Shown: positions 9,411 through 20,317 of the stretch, in pieces
How the letters are laid out: the number at the start of each line of letters is the position of its first letter
Position numbering within the stretch: the first letter of the stretch is position 1
Virus record (IMG/VR): IMGVR_UViG_3300045988_179014
Location: 192,001-256,000 of that record
Direction: 5' to 3' (one strand)
DNA: 64,000 nucleotides
From: a virus
Program-made: the position numbers and the translations under genes
The notes under the pieces: generated by a model
The model's database searches: none
What the model was told of the DNA's origin: nothing
The model's input: only the letters and a program-made list of their open reading frames with translations

Positions 9411-11027
9411 TCATTCCTGGTCAGTTTCCATTACACCAAGAGGGTCAAAATTAAACTTCTCAACCAGTGCAGCATACAAAGGGGTTTCTTGAACAGGAAT
9501 GATGGATGGTACCAAGAATGCTTTGTCCACCTCGATTTTCTCGTCTTCACGTGGGTCATGGAAAGCTTGATTCACCACATCATTGATACCAGCCAGCTTG
9601 TATTCAACACGCTGCACCAATTCCTGTACGTGGTCTCCTGGCATGGGAGCAATGGCATGATTCAATTCTGTAAGAACGGTTCGACGTTTTTCATTGAGTA
9701 TGTAACGTTCCTTTTCCAAAGACTCCAAATCAAAGAAACAATCCGTTGAATCATCACGAGTAGCATCCAATTCAGTACTCACTGTGATTGGTTGACCTTC
9801 AATGGTTTGGATACCTTGTTCCAATGCCAAATACTGATAATCGCCCAAAGCTTTGTTGTAACACGACTGAGACGCTGAAACTGCACGTTCCACTGCTTTA
9901 ACTTGAAGTTCCAAATCATCATTTTGTCTCGATATGTCAACAATATTAGTAATTCGTTCATTGGGTACATTCGCTGTTGACAATTGTTTTTCCAAATCAT
10001 GTGTCAAAGTGGTGTCATCCAATGCTCCAGTCATTCCCTCATGTGGATTGGACATGACTTCGTAATCAAATCCACCATCGTCTGAAATGTTGAATCCAGA
10101 CTCATCAGCTTTCTTGGATGGGCAAGAATAGTCCCAGTCATCATCATTTGGAAGGATTGAACTGTTGTTGGTTTTAAGAAGTCTCATATCCAATGCCTCA
10201 ACATTTTCAGGTTTGACTGCATTTTCCGAAATTGCTGGCAACGCTTCTTCATCGTGCTCTGGTAATCCTTCAATATGGACATACCCCATAGTTACCAAAT
10301 GTTTCAATGAACGAAGAACATCCACCCACAAGAAACCATATGCACAAGATTTCTTCCGTAATGTTTTCAATGTTTCTTCATGTTGTGACACATTCAAAAT
10401 CAAAGATTCTGCGCCATTTTGGGGTTTGGTTTCGACCAGTTGTGATAATTTGGCCTCATCCGCAATTCCATCAATGATTTCACTAGCTACTTTCTCATCT
10501 TTGGGGAGTTGCTCAATCAAGCGAAACAAGTTTAAAGGAGACTCTTCCAGAAAATCCATACTGAAGATTATTCTCTTATCCATGCCTCGTAGGAGTAACG
10601 TCTGAACCTGTTTTATATTGTATTGATTAGCTTTTTTGAATGACTGAACTGTATGGTCTCTCAAAACCGAATCTACTACAGGTATGGCAACTGGTATTTG
10701 ATGTAGAATGTTGTTGTATGATGTTAGCGGTTTGTCGGGATTGTAAAGTTGTTTCACTTTGACTGGGGTGTCTTCAGGAAGTGATGACTCTAAGCTTATA
10801 CGTTCATTCAAAGGGGGAGTGGTTTCGGACAAGGATGCGAACATGATGTTTCCATTACTGGCCCAGATTTTCAGTGTTGAGCCATTGTCCAAAGAAACTT
10901 CCAACAAACATTCGTTTTGATGGATGTCACTCAATGAATTCAGAATAACAGATTGCAAATTGAGATTATGAACATCTTTGTTGTTTTTTACGCGCTTACG
11001 TCTAAAAAATCCCATAAAATGGTCCAT
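9411..11027 (-). CDS. Hypothetical protein, 538 aa
   Basis: Long ORF directly upstream of the ATPase gene; no motif recognised. Confidence 0.4.
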   Translation of the reverse strand: MDHFMGFFRRKRVKNNKDVHNLNLQSVILNSLSDIHQNECLLEVSLDNGSTLKIWASNGNIMFASLSETTPPLNERISLESSLPEDTPVKVKQLYNPDKPLTSYNNILHQIPVAIPVVDSVLRDHTVQSFKKANQYNIKQVQTLLLRGMDKRIIFSMDFLEESPLNLFRLIEQLPKDEKVASEIIDGIADEAKLSQLVETKPQNGAESLILNVSQHEETLKTLRKKSCAYGFLWVDVLRSLKHLVTMGYVHIEGLPEHDEEALPAISENAVKPENVEALDMRLLKTNNSSILPNDDDWDYSCPSKKADESGFNISDDGGFDYEVMSNPHEGMTGALDDTTLTHDLEKQLSTANVPNERITNIVDISRQNDDLELQVKAVERAVSASQSCYNKALGDYQYLALEQGIQTIEGQPITVSTELDATRDDSTDCFFDLESLEKERYILNEKRRTVLTELNHAIAPMPGDHVQELVQRVEYKLAGINDVVNQAFHDPREDEKIEVDKAFLVPSIIPVQETPLYAALVEKFNFDPLGVMETDQE

Positions 11028-11102
11028 TCTCTTGGTTAGTTGCCCGGGTAGCTTCTCACTAACCCATTGGTTTCAATATCGCATATGCGCACACCAACGT
11101 CA

Positions 11103-11612
11103 TCAACGATTCATCGCATATTGATACATTTGTTCAAGTAGTGAAACTGTAATTGAATCCTTCAGCTTAGCCATATTCAATAATTCGTTGGCAACCATGT
11201 TACGTTCTCCTATTGACCAGGATTCCAGTACAGCAAAATCCCCTGATAAAGAATAAAACAACCGCGTATCATGTAATGCAACTTCAATTAACGTAATCAC
11301 TCTTTTAGGGTTCTCATACATCAAACGTTCATAATATTCTTTGTAACTAATTGCATGTGGACCATGAACCAACTGAAAATACGGCTTTGTACGAAAAACA
11401 GCTTTGAAAGCAAATTGTTTACTATCTTCTGCTCCTTGAATGATGGGCGCGACGCTATTGAAAACGACTACTTCCTGTACTGGGCCATAACACTCAATAA
11501 ATGTTTTGACATGTGCCCGTTTCTCATATGATGAGTTGATGATGTACTCATTGAATTTTGTGGAATCTGTTATCTCTATTAAATGGATAGCAGAATCAAT
11601 CATAAACTTCAC
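11103..11612 (-). CDS. Hypothetical protein, 169 aa
   Basis: ORF track; an alternative GTG start gives tight spacing to the primase gene. Confidence 0.35.
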   Translation of the reverse strand: MKFMIDSAIHLIEITDSTKFNEYIINSSYEKRAHVKTFIECYGPVQEVVVFNSVAPIIQGAEDSKQFAFKAVFRTKPYFQLVHGPHAISYKEYYERLMYENPKRVITLIEVALHDTRLFYSLSGDFAVLESWSIGERNMVANELLNMAKLKDSITVSLLEQMYQYAMNR

Positions 11613-11616
11613 TTAG

Positions 11617-13449
11617 CTAAATCATGTTGACATGGGACAATTCTTTCTTCTCTTTAGCCAATGCTTGTTCCAGGAAATCAACAGAAGCATTCGGAGACTT
11701 CGCCAAAATATCAAAAACCTGATTACGAACCTCATCCTCCACCCGTTTCCTGTCTTGTTGACGCAAATAATGTCGAACATATTTGAACTGTGTTTTCAAT
11801 GTTGATTCGGTCATGATTTGCGCCAATGGAAACAAATTACCGCCTACCAAAAAATCCATCACCTTGGTAAGCATGAACTGTTCGGGCACGACCACTTGGT
11901 GTTCTGCCATTAAATGCTCCATCTCGTCAACTATAGAACGCAATTCTGACACCAACAATGTTTTTGCTTTAATCAGACTGGGTAGAAAACGCGGTTCCAT
12001 CAATGTCAAAACAATAAGCCGAGCTGAAGCCGAATATATGTTGTTGGTTTTAATATGATGGATAAGTGTTTCCTCATCAACATCTGTAGAGTCGAATTCC
12101 GGGCGTGTTTCTTTCGCCACGTCAGCAGATGGCACATAATGTTTAATTACGGGGGTGGCCTTGTTTACCGCTTCCTGAACTGTGTCGATAGAAGTCAATG
12201 AGTTCAGCGAAACCTGGCGCACAAACTGCTCACGAAGAGGAATGTTAGCAACAGCACGTAGAATCGATGCAGCAGACTCAACATAAGATGACCGTCCTAA
12301 CGGTGTTGACAAATCAAAATTGGCAGCAGTCATGGACAGCACAAACTCCACCAGAGGCACTGCGGAATTTTCAACATATTGTTTCAATTTCTCCGACCCG
12401 TGTGCCATATAGTAATCACAGGGGTCACTGTTGTTCGGGAAAGAAACCACATATGCTTGGTCATGAATGTTGGGAACTGCCTGAAACACTTTGTAAGCTG
12501 CTTCCCGTCCAGCAGCATCCCCATCAAAGCAGAACACTATCCGCCCTTGATTAGTAACTAATCTACGACACAACGCTCCTTGACCTTCTGTGAATGCCGT
12601 GCCTAGAGATGCTACAACATTTGGGATGCCCGATTCCACCAAAGCGACAACATCAAATTGTCCTTCAGCAACATACAAAATTTTGGTTTCATGTGCTGAT
12701 GTTTTAGCTTTGGAGACATTAAACAATGATGAACTTTTATTGTATAAAGGAGTTTCAGGAGAATTTACATATTTCCCCATGCGGTCTGTCTCTTGAAGTT
12801 TACGACCAGAGAATCCGATAGGTTTTCCAGTAATGTCTGTAACAAAGAACATCAATCGTCCCTGCCACAAATCATAGAAAACCCCTTTCTCAGATTTACC
12901 ACACACGCCAGCTTTCAAAATGGTTCCATCACTGTAACCCAATGATTTCAGCTTACGATACAAGGTTTGACGACCTTCAGGTGCATAACCATACAAAAAA
13001 GCGTTTTCATTCAATCCACGACTGCGTATTTCTTCACGAGCAATATGATTGTTAGGAAGTTTACGAAATTCTTTGTAGAAGAAATTGGCTGCATCACGTA
13101 CACAAGAACGAAGTGATTTGTAATCTATATTGTTTTTGTTGTTGCCAATTTCAAGAACTATACCTTTGTCTTCTGCTAGCTTACGTAAAGCTTCAAAAAA
13201 GTCCAGATGCTCATATTTCTCCACAAAAGACAGAATGTCTCCATGCACTCCACAACCGAAACAACGATAATTCTGAAAATGTTCATCCACAGTGAATGAT
13301 GGTGTTTTTTCAGTGTGGAAGGGACACAATCCTTTCCATTTCATACCATGTTGTTTCAGTGAAATACCCGACTGTTGCACATAGTCCACCAAGTTGTATT
13401 GAAGTTTAACTTGGGCCACAACAGCTTTGAAGTTTGTAGTGTTGTTCAT
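11617..13449 (-). CDS. dnaG: DnaG-type DNA primase (CHC2 zinc finger + TOPRIM)
   Basis: CPFHTEKTPSF...YRCFGCGVHGD (CHC2 Zn finger); VAEGQFDVVAL and FDGDAAG (TOPRIM acidic residues). The stop codon is TAG. Confidence 0.8.
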   Translation of the reverse strand: MNNTTNFKAVVAQVKLQYNLVDYVQQSGISLKQHGMKWKGLCPFHTEKTPSFTVDEHFQNYRCFGCGVHGDILSFVEKYEHLDFFEALRKLAEDKGIVLEIGNNKNNIDYKSLRSCVRDAANFFYKEFRKLPNNHIAREEIRSRGLNENAFLYGYAPEGRQTLYRKLKSLGYSDGTILKAGVCGKSEKGVFYDLWQGRLMFFVTDITGKPIGFSGRKLQETDRMGKYVNSPETPLYNKSSSLFNVSKAKTSAHETKILYVAEGQFDVVALVESGIPNVVASLGTAFTEGQGALCRRLVTNQGRIVFCFDGDAAGREAAYKVFQAVPNIHDQAYVVSFPNNSDPCDYYMAHGSEKLKQYVENSAVPLVEFVLSMTAANFDLSTPLGRSSYVESAASILRAVANIPLREQFVRQVSLNSLTSIDTVQEAVNKATPVIKHYVPSADVAKETRPEFDSTDVDEETLIHHIKTNNIYSASARLIVLTLMEPRFLPSLIKAKTLLVSELRSIVDEMEHLMAEHQVVVPEQFMLTKVMDFLVGGNLFPLAQIMTESTLKTQFKYVRHYLRQQDRKRVEDEVRNQVFDILAKSPNASVDFLEQALAKEKKELSHVNMI

Positions 13450-13498
13450 GTATCCATTCTAACGAGATGAGTCGCTTCCACAGAGGGATATATGAACG

Positions 13499-13768
13499 TC
13501 AGAAGTCCCAGTCGTTATCAGTTGTAACTGTTGTATTATTGATATCTGGCCAGTGCATATTGATTTTGTCCATGTTGTGACCACTCCAGGCATCGTTGTC
13601 AATCACAACAACAGGAGCTTCACGAAATTTCATGGCTTTTACTTTCAACAAAGCGTCCCGATTGGTGCTCATGTTGACTTCAGTAAAATTGACTCCGCGT
13701 TTCTCCAACTCATTTTTTGTAGCAGTACAGTTAATACAGTTGTTTTTGCTGTACACAATGACGCTCAT
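13499..13768 (-). CDS. nrdH: NrdH-like glutaredoxin
   Basis: VIVYSKNNCINC active-site CxxC in a ~89 aa thioredoxin-fold ORF. Confidence 0.6.
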   Translation of the reverse strand: MSVIVYSKNNCINCTATKNELEKRGVNFTEVNMSTNRDALLKVKAMKFREAPVVVIDNDAWSGHNMDKINMHWPDINNTTVTTDNDWDF

Positions 13769-13870
13769 TATAGAATCCTGTTCTGTTGAAGGGCTTTACC
13801 AACTCCATACATGATACCTGCACTACGCTGAAACCAGTATGAACCTCTTTTGTTGCGTATCTTGAATCAA

Positions 13871-14470
13871 CTACATATTGGAAACATTCTGAAGCCAATG
13901 ACAATAGTATTTGTATTCACACAACGAATCCTGTGCATCCATGAGAGCCCGATGCTTCTTCCCTTTCTCATACCCAAGAACACCTGCATTGGATTGAATA
14001 GCCAATGAAAGACTGGTAACATCAATAGAGCGATGTGATAAGTGTTGATAGAATCGTGGTAAATGAAACGACAGGAAGTTACGGTCCAAAACAATGGTGT
14101 TTCCCCCAAAATATACTGTGGCTTTTTCGTCAACCAAATTCTGTAGCCATCTTGTGAATAAAACATCTGCTTTGTGGTTTTTGATTGATGGTTTATGCCA
14201 CAAATCATGCCATAAACCGGATTGATTGTGCATCACCTGTATCATGGGGTCAGCTGTTGCAATGACATGAGATAAATTACTGACCTGTATCAATGTTTCA
14301 CATGGTTGACCAACAACAGTCCCATCCATATTGGTCAGGATAGCCGCTACCTCCAGCAGTTCATTTAACTCAACAGATGTGCCTGAAGTTTCTACATCTA
14401 TCCATGCAATATATTGGTTTTTGTGGATGGAATGAATTTCCCATGGTGATAAAGTGTCATGTGTACCCAT
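13871..14470 (-). CDS. orn: Oligoribonuclease (Orn-like DEDDh 3'-5' exonuclease)
   Basis: IAWIDVETSGT, GNTIVLDRNFL, HRSIDVTSL and HRALMDAQDSLCEYKYY line up with Orn motifs (WIDLEMTGL, GNSIGQDRRFL, HYRYLDVSTL, HQAMDDI..AELAYY). Ends with TAG. Confidence 0.75.
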   Translation of the reverse strand: MGTHDTLSPWEIHSIHKNQYIAWIDVETSGTSVELNELLEVAAILTNMDGTVVGQPCETLIQVSNLSHVIATADPMIQVMHNQSGLWHDLWHKPSIKNHKADVLFTRWLQNLVDEKATVYFGGNTIVLDRNFLSFHLPRFYQHLSHRSIDVTSLSLAIQSNAGVLGYEKGKKHRALMDAQDSLCEYKYYCHWLQNVSNM

Positions 14471-14512
14471 GGGAACCTTTCTGCCGTATTAAATGATGAA
14501 ACAAATATCTGG

Positions 14513-14794
14513 TCATTCTGATTCCAGTTCATCATTTTCAGATTTCAATTGTTCAATGAAGTCTTTGATTTCAGAAACCTTGTATCCTTCTTTGGCTCCT
14601 AAAATAATGAGATTGACTATAACCAAATCAGCAAAATCATCTGACTCGGCTCCACGATGAATCTCCATCATGGTTTGTCGAATAGCACGAAGAAACAACG
14701 CTCCCAACTCGATGCGACCATCTGATTCCGTAGCAATCAAAACAGACTTGGAGCGAATCGTTTTTAACAATTCATCAAAACTAGACATGAACAT
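14513..14794 (-). CDS. Hypothetical protein, 93 aa
   Basis: ORF track; same strand as the operon. Confidence 0.3.
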   Translation of the reverse strand: MFMSSFDELLKTIRSKSVLIATESDGRIELGALFLRAIRQTMMEIHRGAESDDFADLVIVNLIILGAKEGYKVSEIKDFIEQLKSENDELESE

Positions 14795-14905
14795 TCCTTC
14801 ACAAAAGATAAAACCCTATGCAATGAAACTCATGACAAATACTATATGGTCAGCAAATGTCAAAGATTAATTGCAGAACATTAACATAAATTCAATATCA
14901 CGGGT

Positions 14906-16135
14906 TTATCGTTGTGATTTCAAATTTTCAAACCATGGTAGAACACGCTGTTTGATGTATCTTTCTATGTTTCCATGCCCTGGATAAATTTCATAGTTCC
15001 AGCGCAAATAATACCTTTTCACCAATGAATCCTGTATTGACACATTGATGTGCAACTCATCCAAATTTGTAACATATAAATAATACAACCCACGTATACG
15101 ATACGCAGTCGGTATCGAAGAAGCCCATTCCAATGAAGAAGCAACTTTTGTCTCTAGAAGACCAACAGGGGTGTTTGAATCCCTATCACACACTACATTG
15201 TTCAAATCAATCACTTGCCATGGATGTTCGGGATTTACATATTGCTGGTTTACTTTGACCACACGATTTTTCCCTTGTTGGAATTTTGCATAATCATTCA
15301 GAAGTCGCGGTCCCCAAACTGCTTCTTGATATCTGCGAGCTTTTCGTCGCCAATCTACCTCCCCAGCTTCATCATTGTTGAACCTTTTGGGAATACCCTG
15401 AACTTTGATTTGTTCAATTCTATTGAACAGCTGTTTGATACGTTGATTTTTCGGGTAGGCTGTAAAATCGTGTAACGCGAATAGTCCCACGTCAGATGCA
15501 GTAATTGTGTCACAATAAGGGACGAAATTTGTGTCACCGTCCTCCAGTTGTGTTATTGGAACGGTATCCCCAATAGGACCGAAATTAGCATCAATGTCAT
15601 ATTTTTGCTTGAAATGCGGACTTTCTGTCAACGCTTCCACCAACATGGTCGTGGTTCTTCGATATGATTCATGATTACGAACCAAACTGGCATATGTTTC
15701 CTCATCATATGGACACATAGGTTTTCTGTTCAATGGAGACCGTGCCCATAGTAACTCCCAATTGGCCATAGTGCGTTTACCACGTTCCACGACAAGAGAA
15801 TCAGCGACCTTCCATGATTTGCGCGACTCATCCACTAACTCTTGTAAACGTTCAGCATCAGCGCCATCCATACAATCAATCAAATTGTTCTCAAGGATTC
15901 GCTTCTCAATTTTCTTGGAATGGTTCTGGGTAGACTTATCTTCCTTGTGATGCGATTGAATGGTCTTAAAACGATTAGCCATCATAGTCAAAGATGCTTC
16001 TTGGGCTTCAGCTTTCGTATCATAATGGTTTTCTTCAACACCTTGACCATAACGACATTTTTCTGGGGAGGTTGAACAACGGTTCACTTTACCAGTTTCA
16101 GGGTTAACATGAAATTTCTTTGAAGCCATTACCAT
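14906..16135 (-). CDS. Protein with N-terminal HCCH-like module (FHVNPETGKVNRC..EKCRYG..HYDTKAEAQEA); C-terminal domain unknown
   Basis: Shares an N-terminal ~45 aa motif with at least eight other ORFs in this window. Confidence 0.5.
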   Translation of the reverse strand: MVMASKKFHVNPETGKVNRCSTSPEKCRYGQGVEENHYDTKAEAQEASLTMMANRFKTIQSHHKEDKSTQNHSKKIEKRILENNLIDCMDGADAERLQELVDESRKSWKVADSLVVERGKRTMANWELLWARSPLNRKPMCPYDEETYASLVRNHESYRRTTTMLVEALTESPHFKQKYDIDANFGPIGDTVPITQLEDGDTNFVPYCDTITASDVGLFALHDFTAYPKNQRIKQLFNRIEQIKVQGIPKRFNNDEAGEVDWRRKARRYQEAVWGPRLLNDYAKFQQGKNRVVKVNQQYVNPEHPWQVIDLNNVVCDRDSNTPVGLLETKVASSLEWASSIPTAYRIRGLYYLYVTNLDELHINVSIQDSLVKRYYLRWNYEIYPGHGNIERYIKQRVLPWFENLKSQR

Positions 16136-16294
16136 TCTCCATCCTCAAAACGCATGATGGACACTTTTTCTAAAACCCTATAGAACATGGCATCATTATT
16201 TGTTGAACAATTACAACAAAAAACAATGCACCAAGAAGAATTTTTACATCCTGGTGCATTGTTTAGGTTATAGTCCTTTATTGACCATCAATCT

Positions 16295-17398
16295 TTATGC
16301 AGAATTTTCAATTTGGCGAGTTTCCTGTTCCAAAATATGGCGCAATTGAACCCAATCAGGGCCGAAATTACTGTGCGCCAGTTCTTTGGCATTCAAACCA
16401 ATGTCATTAGCGCCAGTCACGCTGAAAGCCACATGTTCAAATGGACTGAAGTGCTTGTTATCAAACAGCCGTTCCCCAAGACGGATTGTAGCAGTTGATT
16501 TAGATGCACGAGATTTATCGTTATAGGAGATTTGGGCAGACTCGGTGGCAGACAACATGGCCACATTCCTCAAATCCGCAAAACAGGATACATTGGTTGG
16601 TACTTCATCATGGTCAATAAAAGGCAGATGAAGCCAAGAAACCCGTGGAACTGAAACATTCAATGCTTTTTCAACCAATTTGGCCAATGCAACAATAGCA
16701 GGTTGAGCAGTGTTCAAATCCGTGCGCAATTTGAGGAAATTTTCCCAATATGTAGCTGTGATGATAACTTCGTGCATCATAACAGGTTCCAGAATTCGGT
16801 TCACATCCTGTTTATGAATGGACAATGCTAATGGATTTGGATTTTTTGCATTGTAAACTTCTTCATAGTACAAATCTAGTAGTTCAGAATAACGTGAAGC
16901 CAGTGAACCCAACCCAGTGGATTCCTCCCATGGCATCATTCCATCAAGTAGGAAGTCCAGTACTTGTTCCACACACACATCACGCCATACAAGCCACTTT
17001 TTAACTGCCCGTTTTCTTTCCTCAGCAGACAGGAACACTCCACTCATACCTTTCTGATTACGAGTGAAAAGAGGAATGTGAGGTCTTTGCATGACGTCGC
17101 CAATTGTGGTTTTCACCGAACGCGCACGGGATGAAGCCGAGTTACGAGAGAAGGTTCGATGTGTGTTCACTTCTGGAAGAATAGGGCGGGGGAACCGAAC
17201 GATGACGGTAAACACTCGTTGCCCTTCCCCATTCCTGTCAATGTTCGCAATTGTGTCCTCTACCACAGTTGCTTCAAACCCCTCCAACATGGGGTCATGA
17301 TATGTGAAACGCAAATACGGGGATTGACGGTATGGAAGTTGCACCTCCTGAACCAAAATGTCATCAAAATCAGGAACCAAAGGAGAAGCAATAACCAT
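16295..17398 (-). CDS. Hypothetical protein, 367 aa
   Basis: ORF track only. Confidence 0.4.
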   Translation of the reverse strand: MVIASPLVPDFDDILVQEVQLPYRQSPYLRFTYHDPMLEGFEATVVEDTIANIDRNGEGQRVFTVIVRFPRPILPEVNTHRTFSRNSASSRARSVKTTIGDVMQRPHIPLFTRNQKGMSGVFLSAEERKRAVKKWLVWRDVCVEQVLDFLLDGMMPWEESTGLGSLASRYSELLDLYYEEVYNAKNPNPLALSIHKQDVNRILEPVMMHEVIITATYWENFLKLRTDLNTAQPAIVALAKLVEKALNVSVPRVSWLHLPFIDHDEVPTNVSCFADLRNVAMLSATESAQISYNDKSRASKSTATIRLGERLFDNKHFSPFEHVAFSVTGANDIGLNAKELAHSNFGPDWVQLRHILEQETRQIENSA

Positions 17399-17666
17399 AA
17401 TAAACCTTTCATGGTTGAATCAATAGACAACTTCCGCCATTCTACCGAAACAACCATTATGGGAATGCCACTGCATATGTCTTCATATCCAATAATCATG
17501 TCAAAATCTAAGCATGTTTAACCTATCTGACATGAAACCATTATGAAAACGATAGAATTCTTAGGCCAAAATGATAACGAAAGTTAAGCGACTTTATAAA
17601 TAGCAATAACTTTCGGCAGCTAACGAGAACATGCCGAAAGTTATTGCATTACATGACAATACAGGT

Positions 17667-20165
17667 TTACAGTGATTCCATCCAATCAGCAATCACTGTA
17701 ATAGCTTCATCCAGAAACTTTGGTGTTGTCTGGAAAGCTTCTGCTTGGGCCAACATGGAACATGCTATCTGGTGAGGCTCATTTGTTTTCCAGTATTTTG
17801 CATCTTCCAAAGAACAACGCTCCAGAAAAAGCTGATTTAGTTCGCGTCGTTCCTCATTAACATGCTTGTTGTAATACTCAGTGTCAACACATGGCAGACC
17901 AGATGTCGTGTAAAAAATGTCACGTATATTCTTCAACCAATCATAAGTTGCCTGGATTACTGGATGCTTCACGCTACCATAATCCAATGCATTCTGCATC
18001 CATTTAATGGAAGCGTTATATGACGGCAATTTACTAATCAAATAAATTGCCTCAATTTTCTCTTCTGTAACATGAGACAGCTTGTATTCCGTTATTGACA
18101 AGTGGAAACTTCTGTTCTTGATGAGATTTTTACCCACCCCACTTGTATGAGTAAAATCCACATCAACTAAAACTTCCACACCAGCGGCAATAAGCTGTTC
18201 CAAGTCTGTTTTCAGCAGCATACAACCCATGTAGACAGGTCGGTTGAACGCGGCATCGCCATATTTCTGATGATACCCCAACAAAGTTCTTTGGTAAGCA
18301 CTCTTATTCGGGTATTTTGTCAAAATGACTATAGCGTTTTTCTCAACCAGGTCTGAAACATTGACTGGTTTCTTATTACGATGGCACCTACCAGAGAATT
18401 CCAGCAACTCATCGATGGTCTTATCACTTTCACCATAAGAATACAGTGAAACCTGGTTGTCTTCTGGAACAATGTTTTCACTATTAGCAGCACGATTGGA
18501 TTTAACCAATTTGACAATATGTTCCACGTCTGAAAATACGACTTTTTCAGACGAATCGAACTGTTGATTGAAAACACCTTGTTCCTCAACAGGAATTGAA
18601 TCTGATGCCAGAATGAATGAGAACTTGGAATGCATTCGAGTAAGTGTTTTTCGACACCTGACGACTCGTGACAAATCTTTCTCCGTTTTGATGTTTTGAA
18701 CAACGTAAATTGTTTTAACACCATCCCTTGCAGAGGAAGAGACCTTCAGCGCTTCAGTGGAATCCAGCAAACTGTATCTTTTGGCTGGAGACACAAATCG
18801 GTTACGTATTGCTTCAGTCAAATCACATACATTATTGTATGGAATCAATGATGCCACAGCTGAGAACAAAGCATTTGACGCGGTATTGGAAACATTCATG
18901 AGTAGATGAATTGAGTTCCGTTCGTCAAATGTCAAAGTTGCAAAGACTGACGGATTGTTGAAACGAACGATGTCACGCAGGATATTACGACCGTTGTCAT
19001 CATCGAACTGTGACAGCTCAACTTCCGTCTGTGAGCCATGCACGGTTGTGAACACAATATTATCACAATTCCACTGCGGATTCATACTCCGAAGAATTTC
19101 CAACCGGGCAGAGTCATTCTTCAATTGATAGAATTTTTTGATGACAGCATCGGCCAAAAAGGTGTCGTAACCTTGGAGGGATTTCTTTACTAGCGCGTCC
19201 AATGTAGTCGAAGCTGCATTGTTGGTGATATGGTCACGTGAAGATGTAAATTCCACTACCTTGGGTTTCAGCTCAATGATGACATCAGCATATTTCTCCT
19301 TATCGAGCCCATACCCGCTCTTTGGAAGCTCAAAACGGCTATTGGCGACCGAAGGAGAAGTATACAAAAACCCTGACAACAAGTATGCAAACGTCCATGA
19401 ACTAGACTTGGTCTCCAGAAACGCACTCTTAACTAATTTGGACAACGCATCATGTCGTGCCCAAACGCGGCCTGTAATCCCTCGGGACTGTTCAATTACA
19501 ATAGACCCTAGTTCAATGTAATCATCATTCCCATAATAGGTTTCACCATTGATTACGATTGGAATGTCAAAGGACAAATAACGGTATGAATTCAGAGCTT
19601 GATTAAACTGCTCGATTTCATACATATTATCCTTTACAGGAATGGTGATAGTTGTGCCATTACACGTATTCTCAGATGCAAATGTTTCCATCTGAAAATC
19701 CACCCCATTTGCGTTACGGCTCATCGTCGCTTTGGTGGTTACCCCAGAACAAGTAGTCTCAATGTAGAAAGTATCACTATACGCCAAAGGCGCTTTTGCT
19801 CCCAGCCCAAACGAACCGATTTGTGAAGCATCAGACCCTTTGGTCGTACCACCATACTGTGCAAACACAGTACGGACAGTTTCAGGAGACATCCCCGTTC
19901 CGAAGTCTTTCACCACAAACTTGAGGTGATATGGGTTTGGAGTAGTCACCTCTATGGGATTAGTTTTGGCACCATTGCGAACAGCAGCTTTTGTCGCGTC
20001 AATCGCATTTGATAGCGTCTCCCTTACTGCTGCTTCTATGGGAAATGGATACAAGTCTGTCAATCGCTCAATGATATGAGCGATTGCTGACGGGTTGATG
20101 CCAACCATCACAGACTCACGTGGGTCCTGAAACAGAGACAAGGTTCCTCCTATGTTAAAGTACAA
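17667..20165 (-). CDS. Large GHKL-family (Hsp90/MutL/HATPase_c_3-like) ATPase-domain protein, 832 aa
   Basis: N-terminal VRETLSNAIDAT (Bergerat N-box like) and DFGTGMS...IGSFGLGAKAPLAYSD (G-boxes). Confidence 0.5.
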   Translation of the reverse strand: MYFNIGGTLSLFQDPRESVMVGINPSAIAHIIERLTDLYPFPIEAAVRETLSNAIDATKAAVRNGAKTNPIEVTTPNPYHLKFVVKDFGTGMSPETVRTVFAQYGGTTKGSDASQIGSFGLGAKAPLAYSDTFYIETTCSGVTTKATMSRNANGVDFQMETFASENTCNGTTITIPVKDNMYEIEQFNQALNSYRYLSFDIPIVINGETYYGNDDYIELGSIVIEQSRGITGRVWARHDALSKLVKSAFLETKSSSWTFAYLLSGFLYTSPSVANSRFELPKSGYGLDKEKYADVIIELKPKVVEFTSSRDHITNNAASTTLDALVKKSLQGYDTFLADAVIKKFYQLKNDSARLEILRSMNPQWNCDNIVFTTVHGSQTEVELSQFDDDNGRNILRDIVRFNNPSVFATLTFDERNSIHLLMNVSNTASNALFSAVASLIPYNNVCDLTEAIRNRFVSPAKRYSLLDSTEALKVSSSARDGVKTIYVVQNIKTEKDLSRVVRCRKTLTRMHSKFSFILASDSIPVEEQGVFNQQFDSSEKVVFSDVEHIVKLVKSNRAANSENIVPEDNQVSLYSYGESDKTIDELLEFSGRCHRNKKPVNVSDLVEKNAIVILTKYPNKSAYQRTLLGYHQKYGDAAFNRPVYMGCMLLKTDLEQLIAAGVEVLVDVDFTHTSGVGKNLIKNRSFHLSITEYKLSHVTEEKIEAIYLISKLPSYNASIKWMQNALDYGSVKHPVIQATYDWLKNIRDIFYTTSGLPCVDTEYYNKHVNEERRELNQLFLERCSLEDAKYWKTNEPHQIACSMLAQAEAFQTTPKFLDEAITVIADWMESL

Positions 20166-20317
20166 TCAGAGTACCATAGAACATATGTGTGGTCAAACCA
20201 AAAGACGAATACTTACCACAACACAAATAATCCATATTTCGCCAGAAAGCTTGTTAAACCCCACAAAACAGGAATTTCAATCACCAAGAAGTCTTCTATA
20301 ATTTGAATATTATTGGT

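Noticed and set aside
11617-14470. Possibility that TAG is globally reassigned (genetic-code change) given the CUA tRNA
   Set aside because: The primase (11617) and Orn (13871) genes end with TAG at positions matching natural family C-termini (Orn: ...YKYYCHWL). Readthrough would add only short non-conserved tails. A specialised suppressor is more likely than recoding, but this needs a whole-genome check.
17667-20165. Assigning the 832-aa GHKL protein as the GyrA/gp52-like topoisomerase partner
   Set aside because: It has a GHKL ATPase head but no GyrA-type HPHGD or active-site Tyr region. The partner subunit is probably outside the window.
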